Assembly: GCA_009776305.1 (NCBI GenBank)
Contig: WRLY01000003.1
Coordinates: 72,068 to 136,067, forward strand
Length of the DNA: 64,000 nt
Direction of reading: 5' to 3'
Source of the DNA: Oscillospiraceae bacterium
Lineage (GTDB): Bacteria; Bacillota; Clostridia; Oscillospirales; Ruminococcaceae
A program made the position numbers and the translations under genes. The notes beneath the pieces are model-generated. The model did no database searches. It was not told the origin of the DNA and worked only from the letters and a program-made list of their open reading frames with translations. Within the stretch, counting starts at the first letter, position 1; each line of letters begins with the position of its first letter. Positions 1 through 9,588 of this stretch are shown here, in pieces.

Positions 1-1681
1 TGAACTGCGAAATCAATTCCTGCAACATAGCCGACTGACCGCTCATTTCTTCCGAGGCGGCGGCACTTTCCTCTGCGGTGGCACTGTTTTGTTGTACAAC
101 CTGCGCTACCTGGTCTATGCCTATATTGATTTGTGAAATGCCCATGGACTGCTCTTTAGAAGACTTGGCTATTTCGCTTACAATTTGACTGGATTCGTTG
201 ATTCCTTGGGAAATCTCAGTAAAGCTCACTGCTGTTTCGCTTGCAATGCGAGAACCAAGCTCGGCTTTTTCCATAGAATTCTGAATCATGTCGCCTGTTT
301 CCTTAGCCGCCTCGGCGCTTTTAGCCGCAAGGTTACGAACTTCTTCAGCTACAACGGCGAATCCTTTACCGTGCTGACCTGCTCTTGCCGCCTCTACCGC
401 CGCGTTAAGGGCTAAGATATTGGTCTGGAACGCTATGTCGTCAATTACTTTTATAACTTTGCTTATGTTTTGGCTTGCGGTGTTTATATCTCTTACAGCC
501 TCCATCATTTCGTCCATTTGACGGTTGCCTTTTTCGGCGTTGCCCTTAATGACTTCGGAGAGGGACGCGGCTTTTTCAGCCATTTCGGCGTTGACCTTGG
601 TTTGTCCTGCAATTTCAGAAACAGAACTTGAAAGCTGTTCGATTGACGCCGCCTGCTCTGTCGAGCCTTGTGAAAGCGATTGCGCGCCGTCTGCGATTTG
701 TTTCGCACCCGAGTCTACCTGCGAAGAAGAGCTGTTAATTTCACCGAACATATCGTTCATGTTCTTAACCAGGTTATGTACAGACTGACCCATTACGTCG
801 TTTTCCGACAAAAGTTGAATATCAACCGTAAGGTCGCCCTGTGAAATTCTCGAAAGCACCTCAGAAACGTCGGTTATACGCTTAACAAATGAGCTTGCCC
901 CCCGGATACAGGAGCCGGTTTCGTCTTTGAATTTGGCGTAGTGAGAAATTGTTTCAATATCTGTCTGCGAGAGGGTAATATCGCCTGTATTTCCCGCCTT
1001 TTCGAGGAAAGCGGTAAGCGGCTGCAACGGCTTTGAAATCATGGCGGATATGTAAATAGCAAAGAACAAAGAAATAGCAATTGCCGCACCCAAAACTATA
1101 AGAATTATAGTCAGCATCATAGTGAACAATGCGTCGTTCGCGTAGTTGTTATCAGCCGCAGCTTGTATTTTGGCGTCAAGCAAATAGGCGAATTCTTCAT
1201 TTATTTTCAGGTATGTAGGACCAATAGCGGCGATGTCGGCTAAAATAGCGTCGGTGTCCCCGGCTTTGGCAAACTCTACCACCCTTGTCACATGGTTGAA
1301 ATAATCTTTTGTAAGCAAGTCATAAGCTTCACTGAATATAGCCTGTGCCTCCGGGGCAATGATTGTCGGTCTGTAAGCGTCAAGTTCTTCAATCACCGTA
1401 GCTTTATAACCCTCGGTTTCGTTATACAGTTCGGTTACTCTGTCATAGTCTTCATTCATTGAAGCAATCAGAAATTCCCTAACGTCAACCCTAATCTTCT
1501 GAATGTCCTCAAGGGCATACGCCATGTTTGATAAGGGTATTGTTTGCATATAGTACATTTGACTGCCGGCGTTATTGATTTGCAACATACCAAAGATACC
1601 GACACCGCCAACGCCTATTGATAAGGCGATGACAATTAAGAAGCTGATTATAAGCTTCAGGGATATTCGCATATTTCGCAT
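1..1681 (-). CDS. Methyl-accepting chemotaxis protein (3' end runs off the window)
   Basis: Absent from the ORF track because it is truncated. Hand translation from ATG 1681 (RBS GAGG) gives an N-terminal TM segment and, in frame, the MCP signature [40 protein letters not shown]. Confidence 0.93.
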   Translation of the reverse strand, partial: MRNMRISLKLIISFLIVIALSIGVGGVGIFGMLQINNAGSQMYYMQTIPLSNMAYALEDIQKIRVDVREFLIASMNEDYDRVTELYNETEGYKATVIEELDAYRPTIIAPEAQAIFSEAYDLLTKDYFNHVTRVVEFAKAGDTDAILADIAAIGPTYLKINEEFAYLLDAKIQAAADNNYANDALFTMMLTIILIVLGAAIAISLFFAIYISAMISKPLQPLTAFLEKAGNTGDITLSQTDIETISHYAKFKDETGSCIRGASSFVKRITDVSEVLSRISQGDLTVDIQLLSENDVMGQSVHNLVKNMNDMFGEINSSSSQVDSGAKQIADGAQSLSQGSTEQAASIEQLSSSVSEIAGQTKVNAEMAEKAASLSEVIKGNAEKGNRQMDEMMEAVRDINTASQNISKVIKVIDDIAFQTNILALNAAVEAARAGQHGKGFAVVAEEVRNLAAKSAEAAKETGDMIQNSMEKAELGSRIASETAVSFTEISQGINESSQIVSEIAKSSKEQSMGISQINIGIDQVAQVVQQNSATAEESAAASEEMSGQSAMLQELISQF

Positions 1682-2083
1682 TACTCTACCTCACTGTTTA
1701 AAATTTTTATTTTTTTCAAGCCGCGTAGCTTGAAACAGGAACAAAACTATAAGAACCGCAGCCGTTACCCGCTCCTTGTGTCGCGGACGGCTGAGCCAAC
1801 CTTGAAACGAAACGGGAGATATGCTCGACCGCTTGTTTATGAAGTTATACTCGCCGCCATAAGAGGTGGGAAACATAATTGTTCGTTATAAAATTTTTAG
1901 CGGGAATTTGCATATTTTTTCACAATTTGTAAAAATACATATAAAAATGTACAAAACCCTCATTAATTATATCAAACATTAACAAAAGTTCGCAACTACA
2001 TTGATGTAGTGATTTGGTGTGAATTTTTTGGGAAATTTTCAAATGAATGTAGTATATTTTTTGGTTTTTTAAGCGAATTTAGC

Positions 2084-2112
2084 TTGACGATGTGGGAGGA
2101 TTATGGTATAAT
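2084..2112 (+). promoter_or_regulatory. sigmaA-type promoter of the MalT-like gene
   Basis: TTGACG-17-TATAAT with extended TG. Confidence 0.7.
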
Positions 2113-2268
2113 AGGGATAATGACGGGGGGAATGTCCCCCGAGTACCTGATTTTTAAAGGGGTACTACTCCATAGTCCCGAATACTTTATTTGAATTAAA
2201 ATTATTTGCTTGTTAAAATTTTACCCGCCGCGGGCGGGGACAACAAAAAAGAGAATGGAAATTACATT

Positions 2269-4986
2269 ATGGAAAACATTATCGACCCGCCGATAGCTCT
2301 ACCGGAATTTTGCGCCCCACGCAGGGAATTCTTAAGGCGGCTTGACCTCGCCGCGGGAGGAACGTCCTCTGCGGGAGGAACGTCCTCTGCGGGAGGAATA
2401 TCCTCTTCTAAAAGGCAATTGGTATACATACAAGCGCCCGCCGGCTACGGCAAGACTGTTTCAACCCTGCTATGGCTTAAAAAATCGGGAATTAACGCGG
2501 CGTGGCGCACTTTCGACAAGTACGACGACAGCCCCGCCTTGTTTTACATGCTCTTTTGCCTTTCCCTGCTGTCGGTTATGCCCCACGATGAAAAAATTTC
2601 TAAAATCGCCGTTTCTCCCGCCTTTCGGGAATCCCCTGTGGAATATACAATTGAAATTCTGACCAAGGCTAATTTTGACAGGGCTGTTCATAATAAGAGG
2701 GTTATTTTCGTTGCCGACGACTTCCATACTATTAAAAACGCCGAAATCTTAAATTCCCTGCCTTATGTCTTAAAACGTCTGCCCCCTGATGTTTCGGTGT
2801 TTTTTTTGAGTCGCGGAATTTTGCCCGCCTCTTTCGGCGTTTTGCAAAACGCCGGTAAAATTTCAGAGTTAGATTCGGTTTCCCTGTCGCTTACGCGGGG
2901 GGAAATTCGGGAATATCTTAAAATCTGCGGAATTTCAGCTACCGAGCGTGATATTGAAGCCCTTGGCGATTATTCCGAGGGGTGGATTGCATTGTTAAAC
3001 GCAATAATCGCGGGAGGAGCGTCCTCTGCGGGAGGAGCGTCCTCTGTGGGAGGAGCGTCCTCTGTGGGAGGAGCGTCCTCTGTGGGAGGAATATCGTTAT
3101 ATAGCGTTCCCGCGAAATTAGCGCCCTTGCTCAAAGCCTTTTTCGAAAAAAATATATGGAACAATTTAAATAATGAGCAACGTTTGTTTTTAATCAAATC
3201 CGCCGTTCCCGAGAAATTCACTGCCGAGTTATGCGGCGCATTAACCGACCTACCGCTCCAAACCGAAAACTGCAAAGAATATATAAATGATTTAATCTGT
3301 CAAAGCGCAAATATTTCGGTAGTGGGCGCCCAATTGCCTCATATTGAAGAATATAGGTTTCACGGACTTTTCCGCGATTTTTTACTTGAAAGGTCAGAAA
3401 ACGCTGAAAATCTGCCGGAGTTAAGCAAGCCCGATTTAAACAAAAAGGCTTCGCTATATTATTTAAGTAAAAACGATAATTTAAACGCGTGGCGTTACGC
3501 CCTCAAAAGCGGTGATTTTGACGTTTTCGCCGAAACATTAAGTAAAATGGTTAAGGACAAGAATTTCACGATTGAGGAATACATAGAGCTTTCAGAGGTT
3601 TTTATTGCCGTCGAAATGCCCGAGCCTATTTTCGAGAGACTGCCGTTTCTTTATGTAACCAAGGTTTTCTACCATTACCTTATGGGCAATTCCGCTAAGT
3701 TTGAGCATTTTATGGATAAATTGCAGAGTTCGCTACCCTATTTGTCAAGCCGTTTCCCGAGTATGATTGAAAACGCGCTAATCTGCTGTTCTGTTGATTA
3801 CAGAATCAATTTTTCGGATTTCCCGAAATTTATCGCCTCGCTATCCGAATCAATCAGCGCCGATAACCTTCAAATAGGAATCGTGTCGTTTCATCTGCCT
3901 TTTCTGCATAGAAGCTCACGGGATTTCTGCGATTTCACCGACGCCAATTTAAACGCTATTTTATCCGACGAGGCTTTTAAAGGACGGCAAAATAAAAATT
4001 ATAACTGCTTTTACATGGGGGTGGGCGCGGGCTTACTGATTGAGCGGAATATGGTAAGTCAAGCCTCCGAAGTTTTTTTAAATGCGCGGGGGGCGTTAAA
4101 CGACCGAGTTGACACCGAAATAGCCTACGCTTTATTTTTAGGTCAGGCGGAAACCTCACTCATAAAAGGTAAAAAAGACCTCTATGATTTTCACCTGAGC
4201 GAGGCTCGCGAGTATATAGGGAGAAATAACGCGCATTATTTGGAGCGCAACTTTTCCGCCTATGAGGCACGGTACGGCTTATTAAACGGCGATGTAAAAA
4301 CCGCAAAACAGTGGCTTAATAATAATTTTATAAATAACAACGACTTCGACGTGCATTACAAAATTTATCAGAATTTTACCACTGCCCGCGCCCGAATCAT
4401 TACAGGAGAGCTGAGTTTAGCCCTAAGCGCGCTTTACGCGATTGAAAAGACGGCTCGCTCTTTTAAAAGACTGCTCGACACTGCCGAAGCAAACGTGCTT
4501 ATTTCAATTATAGAATGGGCTATGGGAAAAAAGAAATCAGCGCTCGAAAGGCTTCTTTACCAATTAACAATATTACAGCCTTACGGATTTATACGGGTCG
4601 CGGCAAATGAAGGGAAAGCTGTTTTGCCCGTGCTTTCGGCGGTTTTACGAAAGCTTGACAAGGCGGGCAGTCCGACTCCGGAGTCTGAAAAAGACCTCTC
4701 CTTATATTCTTTCGTCAAGTCGGTTTATTTTGCCGCTTATGAGCAATCAAAGCATTTTAAAGGCGTTTCGGGCGGGTTAAAACCCGAACGAGTTAGCTTG
4801 TCTAAGCGCCAGACCTTAATCCTTGAGCTTTTGTCAAAAGGATATAAAAACGCCGAAATCGTAAAGATTGCCGGCGTAAGTATAAACACTGTAAGATACC
4901 ATACAAAAATTGCCTACAGGAAACTTGAGGTCAACAACGCTCCCGACGCGATTGTAAGAGCAAAGGAACTTGGGATATTATCATGA
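2269..4986 (+). CDS. MalT-like (STAND ATPase + C-terminal LuxR HTH) transcriptional regulator
   Basis: Walker A APAGYGKT, Walker B ADDFH, YRFHGLF motif, C-terminal LuxR HTH (LSKRQTLILELLSKGYKNAEI...SINTVRYH). Start is probably ATG 2269 rather than TTG 2206. Confidence 0.88.
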   Translation: MENIIDPPIALPEFCAPRREFLRRLDLAAGGTSSAGGTSSAGGISSSKRQLVYIQAPAGYGKTVSTLLWLKKSGINAAWRTFDKYDDSPALFYMLFCLSLLSVMPHDEKISKIAVSPAFRESPVEYTIEILTKANFDRAVHNKRVIFVADDFHTIKNAEILNSLPYVLKRLPPDVSVFFLSRGILPASFGVLQNAGKISELDSVSLSLTRGEIREYLKICGISATERDIEALGDYSEGWIALLNAIIAGGASSAGGASSVGGASSVGGASSVGGISLYSVPAKLAPLLKAFFEKNIWNNLNNEQRLFLIKSAVPEKFTAELCGALTDLPLQTENCKEYINDLICQSANISVVGAQLPHIEEYRFHGLFRDFLLERSENAENLPELSKPDLNKKASLYYLSKNDNLNAWRYALKSGDFDVFAETLSKMVKDKNFTIEEYIELSEVFIAVEMPEPIFERLPFLYVTKVFYHYLMGNSAKFEHFMDKLQSSLPYLSSRFPSMIENALICCSVDYRINFSDFPKFIASLSESISADNLQIGIVSFHLPFLHRSSRDFCDFTDANLNAILSDEAFKGRQNKNYNCFYMGVGAGLLIERNMVSQASEVFLNARGALNDRVDTEIAYALFLGQAETSLIKGKKDLYDFHLSEAREYIGRNNAHYLERNFSAYEARYGLLNGDVKTAKQWLNNNFINNNDFDVHYKIYQNFTTARARIITGELSLALSALYAIEKTARSFKRLLDTAEANVLISIIEWAMGKKKSALERLLYQLTILQPYGFIRVAANEGKAVLPVLSAVLRKLDKAGSPTPESEKDLSLYSFVKSVYFAAYEQSKHFKGVSGGLKPERVSLSKRQTLILELLSKGYKNAEIVKIAGVSINTVRYHTKIAYRKLEVNNAPDAIVRAKELGILS
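2353..2406 (+). repeat. In-frame 18-bp tandem repeat, 3 units
   Basis: GCGGGAGGAACGTCCTCT x2 plus GCGGGAGGAATATCCTCT, encoding AGGTSS/AGGISS. Confidence 0.95.
3010..3095 (+). repeat. In-frame 18-bp tandem repeat, 4 units plus a partial unit
   Basis: G(C/T)GGGAGGAGCGTCCTCT x4, then GTGGGAGGAATATC, encoding AGGASS/VGGASS. Confidence 0.95.
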
Positions 4987-4987
4987 A

Positions 4988-5019
4988 TTTTGTTAATTAT
5001 ATTAATATAATTAACAAAA
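4988..5019. repeat. Perfect 32-bp palindrome
   Basis: TTTTGTTAATTATATT|AATATAATTAACAAAA is self-complementary. Confidence 0.95.
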
Positions 5020-5034
5020 AGGAGATACTAAAAA

Positions 5035-5196
5035 ATGGCAAAAGACAGCCAAATTGACCCCAAGGAAATCCGCAAACAAAAAGCAAACGGAGGTAACACC
5101 TTCGCCGAAAGCGCACTTGACGGAGAGGGCAGAAACGCAAAAAAACAATCCGCAAGCCGCCATAAGGCGGGAGACGATAAAAAAAGGGGCAAATAG
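5035..5196 (+). CDS. Small basic hydrophilic protein, 53 aa (below the ORF-track cutoff)
   Basis: AGGAG RBS, then MAKDSQIDPKEIRKQKANGGNTFAESALDGEGRNAKKQSASRHKAGDDKKRGK*, followed by a long hairpin. Confidence 0.65.
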   Translation: MAKDSQIDPKEIRKQKANGGNTFAESALDGEGRNAKKQSASRHKAGDDKKRGK

Positions 5197-5247
5197 CTCA
5201 CGCGCGATTCGGCGTTATTATAAGGCACTTAAAACAAAAACCTAATG

Positions 5248-5295
5248 TCTTTAAAGGGGATTGCGCTGTCGTAGCAACGCAATCCCCTTTAAAGA
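5248..5295. terminator. Long hairpin between convergent genes, probable terminator
   Basis: TCTTTAAAGGGGATTGCG ... CGCAATCCCCTTTAAAGA, 18-bp stem. Confidence 0.7.
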
Positions 5296-5324
5296 TGTTC
5301 AAAATAATATTGTAAAGAGCTTTA

Positions 5325-5957
5325 CTAAGCCTTCTTTCTGTTGTAATAAGCCAAATACCCCGTCCCGATTCCCCCGACAAGATTCCCTACCGCTACGACC
5401 AAAAGCATTGGGAGCATCACCGGTTCAAACCCGAAGTTGTAGGCGTAAAGGGTAAAAAAGAAAATATCAGCCACAATATGCTCAAACCCGCAGATTACAA
5501 ACACCGCAATGAAAATAACCGAAAGCGCCAGCGCCGCTCCCCTGTTTTCGGACAGGAATTTCACGGTAAGGCAAGCGGCGGCAACTATAAAACCGCAGAT
5601 TACGGCTAAAATAAAAAGACTTAAATAATCATCATTTAGCCGAAACATAACTTTTTCCTCAAGGGATTTCATATTCCTGTCATTTGTGAACCGCGTAATA
5701 CTAAGCATTCCGGCATAGATAATACAACCCACTGCATTACCCAAAAGCGCTGTAATTATATCCGAAACCTTGTATTCTTTAAACGCGTACAGGGCAAATA
5801 TACGTGTAACAAGCATGTTATGAAAAATCGACACCAAAAGGATTCCCGACGCGAAAAATATCGCGCCGGCGACAAGATTATCAATCACTAAAAAAGCCGT
5901 CGCACCTAAAGATATATACATTCCGCACATTAAAGAGCTTATGATTTTTTTTGCCAT
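5325..5957 (-). CDS. Formate/nitrite transporter (FNT) family protein
   Basis: Multiple TM helices with FNT-like motifs LLGNAVG, FVICGFEHIVAD and GNLVGG. Confidence 0.85.
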   Translation of the reverse strand: MAKKIISSLMCGMYISLGATAFLVIDNLVAGAIFFASGILLVSIFHNMLVTRIFALYAFKEYKVSDIITALLGNAVGCIIYAGMLSITRFTNDRNMKSLEEKVMFRLNDDYLSLFILAVICGFIVAAACLTVKFLSENRGAALALSVIFIAVFVICGFEHIVADIFFFTLYAYNFGFEPVMLPMLLVVAVGNLVGGIGTGYLAYYNRKKA

Positions 5958-5980
5958 TTTTATTTTTACTCCTGTTGTTT

Positions 5981-7180
5981 TTACTCTTCCGGAACAGACA
6001 TGGTTTGTTTAAAGTCTATATCAAGCTCAAAACCCGTTTCTTCCTCATTGTATCGGTTTCTGATTCTGTTTACTACCACTTCCGCTGTTTCCTCAAACTC
6101 GGTCGGAAGCATAAGCACATATTGCGTTAAACTGTAACGAGCAAATATATCGCTCTTTCTCAGTGAATTGGCTATACATTCGTGAAGCCGTTTCATAACA
6201 TCAATGATGACCTTGGGTTCAACCGACGTTTCTCTGTATTCATTAACGGTAATAAGGCAGATTTGCGTTTTTTGCTTGGTACGTTCGGCGTCCCGCATTT
6301 TAAGTCTGTAAATACTCTTGAAAAATTCAAATTCACAGAAAAACGCGCCGTTGCCTACTTCATTAATATCCTCTTTAAGTTTTTTCTTTATGACTTCAAG
6401 GTCATTTTCAAAATCGGTCTCTCTGTCTAACGTTTCCTTATATAATTCCCGAAGCTCAGGCAACGGGTTTACCCCCAACTGGTTATACAGCAAATCCATG
6501 ATATACTTATAATGCCGCTTTGCCGCGTCGCGGTTACCAGACGCTATGAGCGCCTTGATTAAAAGCATGTGTATTTTCTGGTCTGAACCGTCTATAAGCA
6601 AGGCTTTCTGACAGATATTTATAAGCTCGGTATACTGTTTATATTTATACAGCGCGTCTATCAGCCTGTGTACGATGCGTATATAAATTGAGTGATAATA
6701 GACCCTCATGGGAATTACCCATTTTTCCTCGGCGGAGTTCTTCAGAAAATCGCCCCCGTAAAGGTCGAACGCTTTTTTAGCGTAAAACACCTGCTCCTTT
6801 TCCGAAAGGTCGTCGCGCAAGGATTTTTTAAAGCTTTCCTCAAACAGCGACGCGTCTACGATATATTCAAGAGAGCCATTAAAGGCGTAAGTGCCCGCAA
6901 AGCTCACCACAAGTTCAACACCCGAATCTAAGCCGAGGGCGTCAAGAGCGCCGCGGATTCTGTGAAGCTGCGTTTTAAGCGCGCCCGAAGGATTATTAAC
7001 TTCCTTTTCGTCCCAAAGAATTTCAATCAGCTCGCCTTGGGTAACCCCCCTGTCCATAAAAGCTGTCAGGTACTTTAAAAGTAACCACATCTTTTTTGAG
7101 CGTTTATCCTTTTCGGATATTATATTGTCTCCGTGAGCTATTGAATACTCCCCTAATGTCGTGATAATCACCGGCTGCAT
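5981..7180 (-). CDS. SARP/BTAD-family transcriptional activator with a degenerate GGDEF-like C-terminus
   Basis: N-terminal wHTH (LIEILW...LKTQLHRIR), BTAD (LYGGDFL...W...), C-terminal LRKSDIFARYSLTQY. Start is ATG 7180 after RBS GGAAGGTG. Confidence 0.8.
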   Translation of the reverse strand: MQPVIITTLGEYSIAHGDNIISEKDKRSKKMWLLLKYLTAFMDRGVTQGELIEILWDEKEVNNPSGALKTQLHRIRGALDALGLDSGVELVVSFAGTYAFNGSLEYIVDASLFEESFKKSLRDDLSEKEQVFYAKKAFDLYGGDFLKNSAEEKWVIPMRVYYHSIYIRIVHRLIDALYKYKQYTELINICQKALLIDGSDQKIHMLLIKALIASGNRDAAKRHYKYIMDLLYNQLGVNPLPELRELYKETLDRETDFENDLEVIKKKLKEDINEVGNGAFFCEFEFFKSIYRLKMRDAERTKQKTQICLITVNEYRETSVEPKVIIDVMKRLHECIANSLRKSDIFARYSLTQYVLMLPTEFEETAEVVVNRIRNRYNEEETGFELDIDFKQTMSVPEE

Positions 7181-7220
7181 TTTAATTTTACACCTTCCTC
7201 GAAAATATATAATGTTCTGA

Positions 7221-8216
7221 TTATTCAGATTCTGCTGAAAACTCCCAAAAATCCGGGAAATCCGAGAACTCCTGAATTTCCGACTGTTCTCTGTCAAGCT
7301 CGATTGATTGTATAACCTTAGCTTTATCCCTCCCGCGGGTAATGGTATAAATCATGGTTTTAACCGGCTCGCTCTCATATTCAATACCCGCTATGGACAT
7401 TGGCGTGGGGGCTGTATATTCCACAATCAACCTGTAGGTTTCACCGTTATTTGAAATTTCAGTCACCCTTGGCAGAAAGGTGAAATAAGCGGGATTTTCA
7501 GGCACGGTATATGATTTTGACTCGACTACATATTCAAACTCGATAATTATATTATCAATGGTACGGTGGCTTATTTCAAACCCCGAACCGAAAATGCTCC
7601 GCGCCACTGTTTCCACATCGGTTTCGGGTATGCTCATCATGCCCATTGAGCGCTCGTAATTAGACGTGTCGCCCGATATTATTATTTGCCAAATTGCCGA
7701 CGCTATTACAGTTGCCGGCTGTAAATTATCCGTATCAGTGAATTCCGGCGGGTCATTCAAAACAACGGGATATATAAAACGCTCGAATTCTTCCCTGAGC
7801 GCAGTCTGATGGGTGACGTCATAGACAAACTCCCTCACTGTTCCCACCACCGACAGCGCGCCTATTATGGCAAGCCAAAACACCAGCAAACCGAAAATAA
7901 GGAAAAAGCGATACCTTGCCGGCTTTTTTTCTCTGTGCTGATATTCCCTCGGCTGTTCCCGGTCGAACATCTCGTCAATTTCGCCGGCGTCCTCCTCAAG
8001 GGCGTGACTCAAATTCCCTACAAGCGAGTTTATAACTTTCAGCTCTTTCGGCTCCTGAATTTCCAAACTCTCCTGATTTCCCTCATGCTCGTAGTCTTCC
8101 GAATTTTCGGAAACTTCCCGCTTTTCCGTATTCTCCTTATTCTCTTGATTTTCAGAGTTCTCAGAGGTTTCGGATTTTTTCGGATTCTTGTCTTTTCCTT
8201 TTTTTAGTTTTAACAT
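7221..8216 (-). CDS. Conserved hypothetical single-TM membrane protein with acidic N-terminal region
   Basis: 331-aa ORF with an E/N/S-rich N-terminus and one hydrophobic segment (FFLIFGLLVFWLAIIGAL). Confidence 0.7.
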   Translation of the reverse strand: MLKLKKGKDKNPKKSETSENSENQENKENTEKREVSENSEDYEHEGNQESLEIQEPKELKVINSLVGNLSHALEEDAGEIDEMFDREQPREYQHREKKPARYRFFLIFGLLVFWLAIIGALSVVGTVREFVYDVTHQTALREEFERFIYPVVLNDPPEFTDTDNLQPATVIASAIWQIIISGDTSNYERSMGMMSIPETDVETVARSIFGSGFEISHRTIDNIIIEFEYVVESKSYTVPENPAYFTFLPRVTEISNNGETYRLIVEYTAPTPMSIAGIEYESEPVKTMIYTITRGRDKAKVIQSIELDREQSEIQEFSDFPDFWEFSAESE

Positions 8217-8241
8217 TTCTTATCCTTAAAAAATAGTGTTT

Positions 8242-9486
8242 TTATGTCCTTATCTGCCCATTGCCGTAGATTAGGTATTTATACGAAGTAAGCTCCCTTA
8301 ATCCCAGCGGTCCTCTCGCGTGAAGCTTTTGATTGGATATTCCTATTTCAGCGCCAAGTCCGAATACGTTGCCGTCCGAGAATCGCGTGGAAGCATTGAC
8401 ATAAACCGCCGCCGCGTCAACCTCCTGCTGGAATTTGCGGGCATTTTCATAATTTTGCGTAAGAATACATTCGCTGTGGCGCGTACCGTATTTGTTTATA
8501 TGTTCAATGGCTTCCTCAACACTACCTACAATTTTTACAGCTACACAAAGGTCGTTGTACTCTTTGTAAAAATCCTCTTCGGTCGCCTCCCGCTCTACGG
8601 GGATAATTTTCGCGGTCTCTTTGTCGCCGAAAATACGAACTTTGCCTTCCCAAATCTCTGCGAGCTTTTTCAAAGATATTTCCGCGGTGTTTTTATGCAC
8701 TAACAGGGTTTCAATTGAATTGCAGACTGACGGACGCTGGGTTTTAGAATTGTCGGCGACTTTAATAGCCATTTGAACGTCCGCACATTCATCAATAAAA
8801 AGGTGACAGTTGCCCGCGCCCGTCTGTATAACGGGAACTGTAGAGTTCTTAATAACCGAATCAATCAGCCCTGCGCCGCCCCTCGGAATAAGCACGTCAA
8901 TATATTCATTGAGTTTCATCATTTCAGTTGCAGCCGCTCTGCTGGTATCTTCCACAAGCATTATGCAATCGGGGGATATACCGATTTCCATAAGCGCGCC
9001 TCTCAAAAGCCCGGTAATACATTTATTTGAATTAATAGCATCGGTACCCCCGCGTAAAATGCAGACGTTTCCCGACTTCAGACAAAGCGCCGCCGCGTCA
9101 GCCGTAACATTGGGGCGCGACTCATAAATAACCCCGACTACTCCGAGAGGTACTCGTCTTTTTACAATATTGAAACCGTAACTCGACTCGCCGCCTCCTA
9201 TAATTTCACCTACAGGGTCGGCAAGACCGGCGACCTCCGTAATGCTTGCGGCGATACTGTCAATACGCTCGCTTGTAAGTGTCAGACGTTCCGCAAAAGC
9301 ACCGGACAAGCCGATTTTTTCAGCGTTTTCAAGGTCTTTTTTGTTTTCCGCAAGAATCAGTTCCTTATTAGCTTTCAGCGACTTTGCCATAGCATTAAGC
9401 GCGGCGTTTTTCCGCTCAGTTGAAAGGCTTCTAATCGCCGATTCGGTAATTTTGGCTCGCTTGCCTAAATCTTCAATATAGCTCAT
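8242..9486 (-). CDS. proA: Gamma-glutamyl phosphate reductase
   Basis: PLGVVGVIYESRPNVT, GAGNCH, catalytic VCNSIETLL, VNASTRFSDG, KLHARGP. Confidence 0.97.
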   Translation of the reverse strand: MSYIEDLGKRAKITESAIRSLSTERKNAALNAMAKSLKANKELILAENKKDLENAEKIGLSGAFAERLTLTSERIDSIAASITEVAGLADPVGEIIGGGESSYGFNIVKRRVPLGVVGVIYESRPNVTADAAALCLKSGNVCILRGGTDAINSNKCITGLLRGALMEIGISPDCIMLVEDTSRAAATEMMKLNEYIDVLIPRGGAGLIDSVIKNSTVPVIQTGAGNCHLFIDECADVQMAIKVADNSKTQRPSVCNSIETLLVHKNTAEISLKKLAEIWEGKVRIFGDKETAKIIPVEREATEEDFYKEYNDLCVAVKIVGSVEEAIEHINKYGTRHSECILTQNYENARKFQQEVDAAAVYVNASTRFSDGNVFGLGAEIGISNQKLHARGPLGLRELTSYKYLIYGNGQIRT

Positions 9487-9588
9487 TTAAGTTCTCCTTT
9501 AAACATATTTTTAAAACATATTTTTATTTTATTCACATATTCGTTTGCTTGCACAAAATTATGACGAAATTATAAATTGTTTTCTGCC

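Noticed and set aside
185-788. Short ORFs in the track over the MCP gene, and the many other antisense or alternative-frame ORFs across the window
   Set aside because: They are shadows of well-supported genes and have no recognisable motifs.
1712-1880. c-di-GMP riboswitch before the MCP gene
   Set aside because: Neither the class I nor the class II consensus is recognisable; kept only as an unassigned leader.
2896-2922. GEIREYL as the missing sigG 3' half
   Set aside because: It is a chance match inside the MalT-like protein, and no sigma regions 3-4 follow.
2353-3095. CRISPR array
   Set aside because: The units are contiguous with no spacers, lie in frame inside a gene, and there are no cas genes.
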